A stretch of DNA of 34,482 nucleotides, from the NCBI GenBank assembly GCA_964425155.1, contig CAYRLV010000001.1:1-34482 (forward strand). Reading direction: 5' to 3'. The translations under genes were made by a program, and so were the position numbers. Positions 10,085 through 18,984 of this stretch are shown here, one piece after another. This DNA is from an uncultured Ornithinicoccus sp. (GTDB taxonomy: Bacteria; Actinomycetota; Actinomycetes; Actinomycetales; Dermatophilaceae). The first letter of the stretch is position 1, and each line of letters begins with the position of its first letter. Below the pieces are notes generated by a model. It saw only the letters and a program-made list of their open reading frames with translations, was not told the DNA's origin and did not search any database.

Positions 10085-10981
10085 GTGACCAGACGGGTCG
10101 GGTTGCTGGTCAACCCCACGGCGGGGAAGGGGCGCGGCGCGCGGGCCGGCGCGCAGATCGCCGCCCGCCTCGCCGAGACGGGGCAGGAGGTCGTCCGGCT
10201 CAGTGACCGCACCGCCGCAGCCGCCGGGGAGCGCGCCGCCCGCGAGATCGCGGCCGGTCTGGACGTCCTGGTCGTCGTCGGGGGTGACGGCATGGTCCAC
10301 CTCGGCGCCGGCCTGTGCGCTCGGACGGAGACCGCGCTGGCGGTCGTGGCCGCCGGATCGGGCAACGACGTCGCCCGGACGCTGGGCGTGCCCGTCCACG
10401 ACGAGGACGCCGCCCTGGCGATGATCGCCGCCGGCCGCACCCGTCGGATCGACCTGGGCCGCCAGGTCGACGGGGACGGCGCCACCCGGTGGTTCGCGGG
10501 GGTGCTCTGCGCCGGGTTCGACGCGCTGGTCAACGAACGCGCCAACCGGTGGACCTGGCCGCGGGGCCGGATGCGCTACAACCTCGCGGTCGCGCGCGAG
10601 CTGCCGGTCTTCCGCCCGATCCCGTACACGCTCACCCTCGACGGGGTGCGGCAGGAGGCCGAGGCGATGCTCGTCGCGGTGGCGAACGGCACCTCATACG
10701 GGGGAGGCATGCGCATCTGCCCGGAGGCGGAGATGGACGACGGCCTGCTGGACGTGTTCGTCGTGGACCGGATGGCCGTGCCCACCCTGGTGCGCCTCTT
10801 CCCGCGGGTGTTCCGGGGCACGCACGTCGACCACCCGGCGGTGCGGATCGAGCGCGCCCGCCGGGTGCGGCTCGAGGCGCCCGGCATCGTGACCTACGCC
10901 GACGGCGAGCGCTTCGGCCCGCTCCCGCTGGAGGTCGAGGTGGACCCCGGCGCGCTGCATGTGGTGGTGCCCGCCACCTGA
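10085..10981 (+). CDS. Diacylglycerol/lipid kinase family protein (YegS/DagK-like)
   Basis: NPTAGKG, GGDGMV, GSGNDVAR, YGGGM, DDGLLDV, DGE motifs. Confidence 0.93.
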   Translation: MTRRVGLLVNPTAGKGRGARAGAQIAARLAETGQEVVRLSDRTAAAAGERAAREIAAGLDVLVVVGGDGMVHLGAGLCARTETALAVVAAGSGNDVARTLGVPVHDEDAALAMIAAGRTRRIDLGRQVDGDGATRWFAGVLCAGFDALVNERANRWTWPRGRMRYNLAVARELPVFRPIPYTLTLDGVRQEAEAMLVAVANGTSYGGGMRICPEAEMDDGLLDVFVVDRMAVPTLVRLFPRVFRGTHVDHPAVRIERARRVRLEAPGIVTYADGERFGPLPLEVEVDPGALHVVVPAT

Positions 10982-10995
10982 CGTAGCCTGACGGC

Positions 10996-13812
10996 ATGCC
11001 CTCTCCCGCGGAACGGTATGCCGCCGCGCGTGCTGGTGATCGCGGCAGGATCTCGTCGTCCGACGTGGTCGACGACTTCGTCGCCGGACTCGCCTTCCCG
11101 CTCGACCGGTTCCAGCGACAGGGGATCGAGGCGGTCGCGCGGGGCGACGGGGTGCTCGTGGCGGCGCCGACCGGAGCCGGCAAGACGGTGGTGGGGGAGT
11201 TCGCCGTCGCGCTGGCGCTGCGCACCGGCCGCAAGGCGTTCTACACCACGCCGATCAAGGCGCTGTCCAACCAGAAGTACGCCGATCTCGCCCGCGTCCA
11301 CGGCGCCGACCGGGTCGGCCTCCTCACCGGGGACTCCTCGATCAACGGCGAGGCGCCGGTCGTGGTGATGACCACCGAGGTGCTGCGCAACATGATGTAT
11401 GCGGGGTCGCCCACCCTGCGCGGGCTCGGCTTCGTCGTCATGGACGAGGTGCACTACCTCGCCGACCGGTTCCGCGGGGCGGTCTGGGAGGAGGTCATCA
11501 TCCACCTGCCCGAGCACGTGCAGGTGGTCTCGCTGTCGGCGACGGTGAGCAACGCCGAGGAGTTCGGCGACTGGCTGCGCGAGGTGCGCGGGGGCACCGA
11601 GGTCATCGTCGAGGAGCACCGACCGGTCCCGTTGTGGCAGCACATGATGGTGGGCCAGCGACTCTACGACCTGTTCGTCGACGAGACCTCGGCGCCGACC
11701 GTGGACGCCGAGCCGGCCCGGCTGAATCCTGAACTGCTGGACCAGGTGCGCGCGTTCGAGCGGTCCACCGACCGGCGCGGCCGGCTGGAGGACGCGGGCG
11801 GCCCGCGCGGTCGCCGGGGACAGCCGCGTCGCGGCCGGGGCGGGTCACGGGGGCGTCCCGGACCGCCACCCGGACGCCGCCCCGGAGGCGGACCCAGCCG
11901 CGCGGAGGTGATCGAGCGGCTCGACCGCGACGGGCTCCTCCCCGCGATCACGTTCATCTTCAGCCGGGCCGGGTGCACGGCCGCCGTCGGTCAGCTGCTC
12001 GCGCGGGGGATCAGGTTGATCCCCCCGGAGGACGGGGCGCGCATCCGCCGGACCGTGGAGGAGCGGGTGGCCGCCCTCGACGACGCGGACCTCGGGGTCA
12101 TCGGCTACGGCGACTTCGTCGAGGGGCTGAGCCGGGGGTTCGCGGCCCACCACGCCGGCATGCTGCCGACCTTCCGGGAGATCGTGGAGGAGCTGTTCAC
12201 CGCCGGGCGGATCCGCGCCGTCTTCGCGACGGAGACGCTGGCGCTCGGGATCAACATGCCGGCGCGGACCGTCGTGATCGAGCGGCTGGTGAAGTACAAC
12301 GGCGAGACGCACGCCGACATCACGCCGGCCGAGTACACCCAGCTGACCGGCCGGGCCGGGCGGCGGGGGATCGACGTCGAGGGCCATGCCGTGGTGCTCT
12401 ACGGCCGCGGCCTGGACCCGGTGGCGGTCGGGGGGCTCGCCTCCACCCGGACCTATCCGCTGCGTTCGAGCTTCCGCCCCACCTACAACATGGCGGTCAA
12501 CCTGGTCGCCCGGGTGGGACGCGAGACGGCCCGCGAGATCCTCGAGACCTCGTTCGCGCAGTTCCAGGCGGATCGTTCGGTCGTCGGTCTCGCGCACACG
12601 GTCCGCCGCAACGAGGAGGCGCTGACCGGCTACGCCGAGGCGATGTCCTGCGATCTGGGCGACTTCACCGAGTACGCCGCCCTGCGCCGACGCGTCCAGG
12701 ACCTGGAGAAGTCGGCGGCGAAGGCCCGGTCGGCGAGCCGCCGGGCCGAGACGGCGGTCAGTCTCGAACGGCTGCGCCCCGGGGACGTGGTCCGGGTGCC
12801 GAGCGGTCGGCGCGCGGGCTACGTGGTGGTGCTCGGCCATCCCCGGGGGCACCGGCGGGACACCGACGTCCCGACCGTGCTCACCGCCCAGGGGCAACTG
12901 CGGCGGATCACCACGCACGACGTCTCCGCCCCGCTGGAGCCCGTGACGTCGATCGCGATCCCGAAGCACTTCAACGTGCGCAATGCCCGGTCCCGCCGGG
13001 ACCTCGCGGCCACCCTGCGGGCGAAGGCACCGCACGACCCGCCGCCGACACCCAGACGGGAACAGCCCGAGGGCGAGTCGGACGCCGAGATCGCCCGGCT
13101 GCGCGCGCAGCTGCGTGCTCACCCGTGCCACGCCTGCCCGGAGCGGGAGGACCACGCCCGCTGGGCCGAGCGCTGGTGGCGGCTGCGCCGGGAGACCGAC
13201 GGCCTGCAACGGCGGGTCCGGGGCCGCACCAACAGCGTCGCCCGCACCTTCGACCGGGTGTGCGACGTGCTGGTCGAGCTGGGTTACCTGGCGCAGGACG
13301 GCACGGCGGTGACCGACCGCGGTGAGCAGCTGCGGCACCTCTACACCGAGAAGGATCTGCTCGCCGCCGAGTGCCTGCGCCGGGACGTGTGGCGGCGGCT
13401 GGATCCGGCCGAGCTGGCCGCCGTGGTCTCGCTGCTGGTGTTCGAGCCGCGCGGTGACGCCGAGCTGGCGCCGAGGGTGCCGACGGACGGGGTCCGCGAG
13501 GCCCACGACACGATGCTGCGGCTCTGGAGCGAGCTGCAGGACCTGGAGCGCGAGCACCTGCTGCCGCAGACCGGCGCACCCGAGGCCGGGATGGCGTGGC
13601 AGATCCACCGGTGGACCTCCGGGCGCTCCTTGGAGGAGGTGCTGCGCGACTCCGACATGGCGGCGGGTGACTTCGTCCGCCGCTGCAAGCAGGTGGTGGA
13701 CCTGCTCGGCCAGATCGCCGAGGCCGCGGCCGAGCCGGCCCTGCGCCAGACCGCCCGGCGGGCCATGGACGCGGTGATGCGCGGCGTCGTCGCGGCCGAC
13801 CGGCTCGACTAG
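10996..13812 (+). CDS. helY: Ski2-like DEAD/DEAH-box RNA helicase HelY
   Basis: APTGAGKT, PIKALSNQK, DEVH, SAT, QLTGRAGRRG, C-terminal DSHCT-like AGDFVR; located after tatC. Confidence 0.93.
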   Translation: MPSPAERYAAARAGDRGRISSSDVVDDFVAGLAFPLDRFQRQGIEAVARGDGVLVAAPTGAGKTVVGEFAVALALRTGRKAFYTTPIKALSNQKYADLARVHGADRVGLLTGDSSINGEAPVVVMTTEVLRNMMYAGSPTLRGLGFVVMDEVHYLADRFRGAVWEEVIIHLPEHVQVVSLSATVSNAEEFGDWLREVRGGTEVIVEEHRPVPLWQHMMVGQRLYDLFVDETSAPTVDAEPARLNPELLDQVRAFERSTDRRGRLEDAGGPRGRRGQPRRGRGGSRGRPGPPPGRRPGGGPSRAEVIERLDRDGLLPAITFIFSRAGCTAAVGQLLARGIRLIPPEDGARIRRTVEERVAALDDADLGVIGYGDFVEGLSRGFAAHHAGMLPTFREIVEELFTAGRIRAVFATETLALGINMPARTVVIERLVKYNGETHADITPAEYTQLTGRAGRRGIDVEGHAVVLYGRGLDPVAVGGLASTRTYPLRSSFRPTYNMAVNLVARVGRETAREILETSFAQFQADRSVVGLAHTVRRNEEALTGYAEAMSCDLGDFTEYAALRRRVQDLEKSAAKARSASRRAETAVSLERLRPGDVVRVPSGRRAGYVVVLGHPRGHRRDTDVPTVLTAQGQLRRITTHDVSAPLEPVTSIAIPKHFNVRNARSRRDLAATLRAKAPHDPPPTPRREQPEGESDAEIARLRAQLRAHPCHACPEREDHARWAERWWRLRRETDGLQRRVRGRTNSVARTFDRVCDVLVELGYLAQDGTAVTDRGEQLRHLYTEKDLLAAECLRRDVWRRLDPAELAAVVSLLVFEPRGDAELAPRVPTDGVREAHDTMLRLWSELQDLEREHLLPQTGAPEAGMAWQIHRWTSGRSLEEVLRDSDMAAGDFVRRCKQVVDLLGQIAEAAAEPALRQTARRAMDAVMRGVVAADRLD

Positions 13813-13822
13813 CCGCACCCAT

Positions 13823-13840
13823 CCGGAGGTCTTCCTCCGG
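13823..13840 (+). terminator. Hairpin after helY, probable intrinsic terminator
   Basis: CCGGAGG-TCTT-CCTCCGG 10 nt after stop; no strong U tract. Confidence 0.5.
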
Positions 13841-13856
13841 TGTGCGTTGCGCTTCG

Positions 13857-13880
13857 ACCTACGGTAACGTAACCGTAGGT
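13857..13880. promoter_or_regulatory. 24-bp palindromic operator upstream of acyl-CoA dehydrogenase
   Basis: ACCTACGGT-AACGTA-ACCGTAGGT, 22/24 self-complementary, AT-rich for this genome. Confidence 0.7.
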
Positions 13881-13921
13881 AAGGACGCCCTCATCAGTCG
13901 AACCGAGGACGGGAGACAGTC

Positions 13922-15526
13922 ATGGTGTTGCGGATGGCACACCCGGGCACGGCCGCCCAGACGACCGGGCCGGACGCCCCGGCGTCGCACGACGCGGGCG
14001 CCGCGCACGCGGCACGGTTCCGGGAGACCCTCGCCAGCCTCTTCGGCCAGCGGGCCGACCTGGACGAGATCGGCCAGCAGCGGGGACTGCCACCGCAGGT
14101 GATGCGGGACGTGCTCGAGGCCGAGCCGATGCGCGCGTTCCTGCCGGTCCGCTACGGCGGGTTCGGGGACAGCCTCGCGCCCGGTCAGGCGGTGATGGAG
14201 GAGGCCGCCTACCACTCGCTGGCTCTCGGCCTCACCATGGGCATCAGCGGCGGACTGTTCGTCCAGCCGGTCGCCAAGTACGCCGACCCCGGTGTCGCCA
14301 CGCCGGTGCTCGCCGACCTGGCCGCCGGCGGCCGGCTCGGTGGCCTGATGATCACCGAGCCCGGGCACGGCACCGACGCCCTCGGCATGCGCACGTCCTG
14401 GCGGCAGGACGGTGAGCGCTACCACGTGCGGGGCACCAAGCACTGGGCCGGGCTGTCCGGCGCGGCGGACTACTGGCTGCTCATGGCGCGGCCCGGCCGC
14501 GATGACGGCGAGCTCGCCAACGGCATCGACATGTTCGTGTGCGACCAGCGCGATCCGGACCAGCGGATCGAGCTGATCCAGCGCTATCCGTCCCTCGGCC
14601 TCTACGGGATTCCCTACGGCCGCAACCGGGTCGACGTGCGCGTCCCGCTGTCCCACCGGCTGCAGAGTCAGCGTGGTGACCGGGCGGGGCTGCGGATGAT
14701 GATGGATCTGCTGCACCGGTCCCGCTCGAGCTTCGCCGGCAACGCCGTCGGCTTCATCCGCCGGATGGTGGACGAGGCGGTGTCGCACTGCAGTGACCGG
14801 GTCGTCTCCGGGCGGCCGCTGATCGGCTATGACCAGGTCCGGGCGCGGATCGCGCGGCTGCAGGGCCAGTGGGCCTGTGCCAGTGCCCTCAGCCTCTGGG
14901 GCTCCGAGCACGCCGGACTGGACGTCGACCTGTCCCGCTGCGCGCAGTCGGCCGGCTCGATCAAGGCCGTCGCCTCCGACTACCTGCACGAGTCCGCCCA
15001 GTCACTGTTGCAGCTGGTGGGCGCCAAGGGCTACGCGCTGGACCACGTCGCCGGGCGGGCGGTCGTCGACTCCCGACCGTTCCAGATCTTCGAGGGATCC
15101 AACGACGTGCTCTACGCCCAGCTCGGCGCCAAGGTCGCCGACCAGATGCGTCGGGCCGGGACGAACAACGTGCGGGAGCAGCTGTCCCGTGACCCGGAGA
15201 CCGCCGCGGGCGCCGACCTGGCCGGTGCCCAACTGGAGGTCAATCTGGACGAGCGCCCGGCCCAGCGCCGGCTCGTCGACCTCGGTGCCATCGCCAGCCG
15301 GGTGTTCACCCTGGGGGCGGTCGACACGATGGCTCAGCGCGGGTTCGTCCCCGAGCACGTGTCGCTGGCCGCCGCGACCCTGCGTGAGGACATCGGCGCG
15401 CTGGTGTCCCGGCTGCACCGCGCGATCGCCCCCGAGGTCTCGACCGAGCCGCTCCGTCCTGGAGCGTGGCGCGCCATGACCCAAGCGGCCCAGGACATGG
15501 TCGCGGGTCGAGCAGCCACCGCCTGA
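13922..15526 (+). CDS. Acyl-CoA dehydrogenase family protein with C-terminal extension
   Basis: MITEPGHGTD, GTKHWAG, QLVGAKGY, FQIFEGSND (catalytic Glu position); SD GGGAG. Confidence 0.88.
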   Translation: MVLRMAHPGTAAQTTGPDAPASHDAGAAHAARFRETLASLFGQRADLDEIGQQRGLPPQVMRDVLEAEPMRAFLPVRYGGFGDSLAPGQAVMEEAAYHSLALGLTMGISGGLFVQPVAKYADPGVATPVLADLAAGGRLGGLMITEPGHGTDALGMRTSWRQDGERYHVRGTKHWAGLSGAADYWLLMARPGRDDGELANGIDMFVCDQRDPDQRIELIQRYPSLGLYGIPYGRNRVDVRVPLSHRLQSQRGDRAGLRMMMDLLHRSRSSFAGNAVGFIRRMVDEAVSHCSDRVVSGRPLIGYDQVRARIARLQGQWACASALSLWGSEHAGLDVDLSRCAQSAGSIKAVASDYLHESAQSLLQLVGAKGYALDHVAGRAVVDSRPFQIFEGSNDVLYAQLGAKVADQMRRAGTNNVREQLSRDPETAAGADLAGAQLEVNLDERPAQRRLVDLGAIASRVFTLGAVDTMAQRGFVPEHVSLAAATLREDIGALVSRLHRAIAPEVSTEPLRPGAWRAMTQAAQDMVAGRAATA

Positions 15527-15609
15527 GTCGAGCCGATCGCCGGACACGCCACCGGGATCCGGAGGCGGATGACGCGGCGGCTCGGCGATCGCCATGGCAG
15601 GATGCCGCC

Positions 15610-16143
15610 ATGGGGATCGCCGACAAGCTGGGTGAGGGCGAGCACGTCGTCCTGAGCCTGCGCACCCACGTCAAGAAGCTGGCCGGCCCGGTGGTCGTGC
15701 TCGTCCTGGCGGTCGCCGCGGCGGCCGTCATCAGCGCGTTCCTGCCCGAGGGGTCGTCGCAGAAGTGGCTGCGGATCGTGGTCTGGGTGCTCGCGCTGCT
15801 CGTCGTCCTGGTGTGGGCCGTGGTGCCGTTCCTGCGGTGGCTCACCACGCAGTACACGATCACCAACCGCCGGCTGATCACCCGCTCGGGGCTGATCACC
15901 CGCACCGGCCGCGACATCCCGCTCTACCGCATCAACGACGTGTCCTACGAGAAGGGTCTGCTCGACCGGATCCTCGGCTGCGGCACGCTGGTCATCTCCG
16001 ACGCGACCGAGAAGGCCGGCGTCGTCCTCGATGACATCCCGCGGGTGGAGCGGGTCCAGGTGCAGTTGCACGAGTTGCTGTTCGCCGCCGACGACGGTTC
16101 GGACGACGGCGAGTTCCCTCCGGGCGAGCCGCGCCGTCGCTAG
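15610..16143 (+). CDS. Bacterial PH-domain (bPH_2/YdbS-like) membrane protein
   Basis: Two TM helices, YTITNRRLITRSG, RINDVSYEKGLLDRILGCGTL; leaderless start after CAGGAT. Confidence 0.88.
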   Translation: MGIADKLGEGEHVVLSLRTHVKKLAGPVVVLVLAVAAAAVISAFLPEGSSQKWLRIVVWVLALLVVLVWAVVPFLRWLTTQYTITNRRLITRSGLITRTGRDIPLYRINDVSYEKGLLDRILGCGTLVISDATEKAGVVLDDIPRVERVQVQLHELLFAADDGSDDGEFPPGEPRRR

Positions 16144-16211
16144 TCCGCCCGCGACGGGTTGCGAGGTGGTCGTCGAGCCGACCAGGGCGCAGGACGTGGT
16201 GGGGGGAGGCG

Positions 16212-17153
16212 TCAGTCGATGCTGATCTCCAGCGCGGCGAGGACCCGGTTGACGGGGGAGCGCAGGTCGTGCGACTCGGCCAGGTCGAGCAACGCCTCCG
16301 GGTCGGCCACCGCGCTCGGCAGCCGTAGGTCGACCTCCGGCAGCGGGCAGTCCCGGGCCACGGCCACGACCTCCGGCGCCGCGTCGAGGTAGTCGCTCGC
16401 CTCCTCCAGGCGGGCCTTCCGGGCGCCCTTGAGGTGCGGGTCGCCGTCGGCGAGGGCGGCACGCAGCCGCGCGAGGCTGCCGAAGCGGTTGATGAGGGCG
16501 GCCGCGGTCTTCTCACCGATGCCGGCGACCCCGGGCAGCCCGTCGCTGGTGTCGCCCCGCAGGATCGCCATGTCCGCGTATGCGGCGCCGGTCGCCAGGT
16601 CGTACTTCTGCTGCAGGAACGACTGCGTCACGACGTCGGGGTTGCGGACCCCGCCACGAGCGGTGTAGAGGATCCGGACACTGGCCTCGTCGTCGACCAG
16701 CTGGAACAGGTCACGGTCGCCGGTGACCACGTCGACCGGCCCCTCGCCGCGGTGCCGTTCGACCAGCGTGCCGATGACGTCGTCGGCCTCGTAGCCGTCG
16801 GCGCCGAGCCGGGGGAGGCCGAGCGCGGCGAGGACGTCCACGATGACCGGCACCTGCGGGATCAGGTCCTCCGGGGTGTCCTCGACGGTCGGCCGCCCCT
16901 GCACCGCCCGGTGCGCCTTGTAGCTGGGGATCGCCGCCACCCGGAAGGCCGGCCGCCAGTCGTTGTCCCAGCACGCCACCAGGTGTGTGGGCCGGTGCGC
17001 AGTGACGAGGGTGGCGATCATGTCCAGCAGGCCGCGCACCGCGTTGCTCGGCGGCGCGCCGGGCGTGCTCCGCCGGTCCGGCACGCCGTAGAACGCGCGG
17101 TAGTAGAGCGAAGCCGTGTCGAGCAGCAGGAGGCGCTGCGGCGTGTCCGTCAT
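16212..17153 (-). CDS. Stand-alone 5'-3' exonuclease/flap endonuclease (Pol I N-terminal-like)
   Basis: LLLLDTASLYYRAFYG, SYKAHR, EADDVIGTL, TGDRDLFQL, GDTSDGLPGVAGIGEKTA. Confidence 0.94.
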   Translation of the reverse strand: MTDTPQRLLLLDTASLYYRAFYGVPDRRSTPGAPPSNAVRGLLDMIATLVTAHRPTHLVACWDNDWRPAFRVAAIPSYKAHRAVQGRPTVEDTPEDLIPQVPVIVDVLAALGLPRLGADGYEADDVIGTLVERHRGEGPVDVVTGDRDLFQLVDDEASVRILYTARGGVRNPDVVTQSFLQQKYDLATGAAYADMAILRGDTSDGLPGVAGIGEKTAAALINRFGSLARLRAALADGDPHLKGARKARLEEASDYLDAAPEVVAVARDCPLPEVDLRLPSAVADPEALLDLAESHDLRSPVNRVLAALEISID

Positions 17154-17208
17154 GCGCGCCATCGTGCCAGTCCGGGGCTGCCGGGACAGCACTGCGTACG
17201 CTGGCGTC

Positions 17209-17664
17209 GTGGAAGACCTCGATGCCGCCATCGTCTCGTTGCTCGCGCGCGAGGGCCGGATGAGCTACACCGACCTGGCCCGGGAGACGGGCCTGTCCAC
17301 CTCGGCGGCGCACCAGCGGGTGCGACGGCTGGAGGAGCGCGGCGTCCTGCTCGGCTACCAGGCGGTCGTCGACCACGCGGCTGCCGGAGTGCCGCTCACG
17401 GCCTTCGTCTCGGTGTCGCCCTTCGACCCGTCCGCGCCGGACGACGTGCCCGACCGGCTCCGCCCCCTCCCCGAGATCGAGGCGTGCCACTCGGTGGCCG
17501 GCGAGGAGAGTTACATCCTCAAGGTCCGGGTCGCCACCCCCAACGACCTCGAGGACCTGCTGGCCCGGATCCGCGCGGCCGGCAACGTGTCGACGCGGAC
17601 GACCGTCGTCCTGTCGACGCCGTGGGAGGACCGGTCGGTCCTCGGCGCCGACCGCGACGGTTGA
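17209..17664 (+). CDS. Lrp/AsnC family transcriptional regulator
   Basis: EDLDAAIVSLLAREGRMSYTDLARETGLS..RVRRLEERGV, CHSVAGEESY; leaderless GTG after TACGCT. Confidence 0.94.
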   Translation: MEDLDAAIVSLLAREGRMSYTDLARETGLSTSAAHQRVRRLEERGVLLGYQAVVDHAAAGVPLTAFVSVSPFDPSAPDDVPDRLRPLPEIEACHSVAGEESYILKVRVATPNDLEDLLARIRAAGNVSTRTTVVLSTPWEDRSVLGADRDG

Positions 17665-17725
17665 GCCGACCGCAGATCTCGTCTCGCTGGGGCGGCGGCA
17701 CGCCACGGCCGCGCCGTGGGCCGCC

Positions 17726-17808
17726 AACTGACGCTGGCGTTACTGTGCGACACGCCGCGCGACACGCCGGTATGACGCCCGCTCACCGGAGTAACGCCAG
17801 CGCGAGTT
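17726..17808. repeat. REP/MITE-like palindromic element with internal GCGACACGCCG tandem repeat
   Basis: Perfect 13-bp arms CGCTGGCGTTACT (17732-17744)/AGTAACGCCAGCG (17790-17802), AACT/AGTT ends; between convergent genes. Confidence 0.7.
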
Positions 17809-17832
17809 GCCGTGTGGGGCGGCGAGCCGGAC

Positions 17833-18813
17833 TCAGGCGGCGGCGAGACCGATCGCCCGGGTGGCCCGCTCCAAGGTGGGCACTGCCACCGTCTCGGCGC
17901 GCCGGCGGCCGGCGTCGAGCGCATCCCGCACGGCCGCCGGGTCGGCGGCCAGCTCCGCATACCGCTGCTGGATCGGTGCCAGCTCGGCGACGACGGCTTC
18001 GGTGACCGCGGCCTTGAGGTCGCCGTAGCGCCGGTAGGTCGCGGCCAGCCGGTCGACGTCCTCGCCGGTGCAGGCGGCGAGGATCTCCAGCAGGTTGCTG
18101 ACGCCGGGCTTGGCCTCCGGGTCGTGCCGCACCTCGCCGTCGGAGTCGGTCACCGCCCGGGCGACCTTGCGCCGGATCACGTCCGGGGCGTCGAGCAGCC
18201 GGATCACCCCGGGAGCATCATCCGGAGCCGACTTGCTCATCTTGGCGGTCGGGTCCTGCAGGTCGCAGACCCGGGCGGCCACCTCCGCCCGGCCGAGCTC
18301 GGGCACCACGAAGGTTTCGCCATAGGTGCGGTTGAACCGGAGGGCGAGGTCGCGGGCCAGCTCGACGTGTTGGTCCTGGTCGCCGCCGACCGGAACCCGG
18401 GTCGCGCCATACAGCAGGATGTCGGCAGCCATCAGGCACGGGTAGGTGAACAGCGAGGCGCGGACGGACCGGTCACCCGTGCGTCGGGACTTCTCCTTGA
18501 ACTGGATCATCCGGGACAGCTCGCCGACGGATGCGGTGCACTCGAGCAGGTAGGCGAGCTGGGCGTGGGCGGGCACGTGGGACTGGAGGAAGACGGTGCC
18601 GTCGGGCAGGCCGCTGGACAGGAACAGCAGCACCGCCTCGCGGGCGAGCTGGGCCGAGCGGGCTTGGTCGTGCGGGGTGGTGAGGGCGTGCAGGTCGGCC
18701 ACGAAGAAGTACGCGTGCTCCGGGTCGTCGACCCGGGCGAAGCGACGCAGCGCGCCGAGGTGGTTGCCGAGCGTGAGCCGGCCGGACGGGGTGATGCCGG
18801 AGAGGGTGACCAT
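17833..18813 (-). CDS. trpS: Tryptophan--tRNA ligase (probably auxiliary type)
   Basis: SGITPSG..TLGNH (HIGH-like), YPCLMAADILLY, VPVGGDQDQH, KMSKS; SD AAAGGA before ATG 18813. Confidence 0.96.
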   Translation of the reverse strand: MVTLSGITPSGRLTLGNHLGALRRFARVDDPEHAYFFVADLHALTTPHDQARSAQLAREAVLLFLSSGLPDGTVFLQSHVPAHAQLAYLLECTASVGELSRMIQFKEKSRRTGDRSVRASLFTYPCLMAADILLYGATRVPVGGDQDQHVELARDLALRFNRTYGETFVVPELGRAEVAARVCDLQDPTAKMSKSAPDDAPGVIRLLDAPDVIRRKVARAVTDSDGEVRHDPEAKPGVSNLLEILAACTGEDVDRLAATYRRYGDLKAAVTEAVVAELAPIQQRYAELAADPAAVRDALDAGRRRAETVAVPTLERATRAIGLAAA

Positions 18814-18863
18814 GGTGGGGAGTCCTTTCGTCGGGGTGGTGCCGCCTCGACGAGGGCGCCCGG

Positions 18864-18894
18864 ACACGAAGAAGGCCGCCTCGACGAGGCGGCC
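18864..18894 (-). terminator. Attenuator terminator hairpin of trpS leader
   Basis: GGCCGCCTCGTCGAGGCGGCC followed by TTCTTCGTGT on minus strand. Confidence 0.85.
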
Positions 18895-18927
18895 TGGCGC
18901 AGGAGCGCGCGGGAAAACGACCGCCGG

Positions 18928-18963
18928 TCAGGCGGTCCACCAGGAAATCGGTGCCCTGTGCAC
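18928..18963 (-). CDS. Trp attenuator leader peptide MHRAPISWWTA
   Basis: GTG CAC AGG GCA CCG ATT TCC TGG TGG ACC GCC TGA; TACAGT -10 six nt upstream (leaderless); tandem Trp codons precede alternative stems. Confidence 0.88.
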   Translation of the reverse strand: MHRAPISWWTA

Positions 18964-18984
18964 GACACCACTGTAACCGCACCA

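Noticed and set aside
10968-10989. PafBC-type promoter (TGTCGG-N10-TANNNT) before helY: TGCCCG-N10-TAGCCT
   Set aside because: Only 4/6 match and within coding sequence; expected by chance in GC-rich DNA
11770-11900. Arg/Gly/Pro-rich insert in HelY
   Set aside because: Low-complexity loop usual in actinobacterial HelY; no ordered repeat
11845-13818. Long antisense/alternate-frame ORFs (e.g. 657 aa here, 23010-24815, 19067-20734, 31321-32994)
   Set aside because: Shadow ORFs typical of high-GC DNA; overlap well-supported genes and have no motifs
15534-15591. 9-bp inverted repeat with GACACGCC after the ACAD gene
   Set aside because: Short GC-rich arms with long spacer; could be chance or a weak terminator
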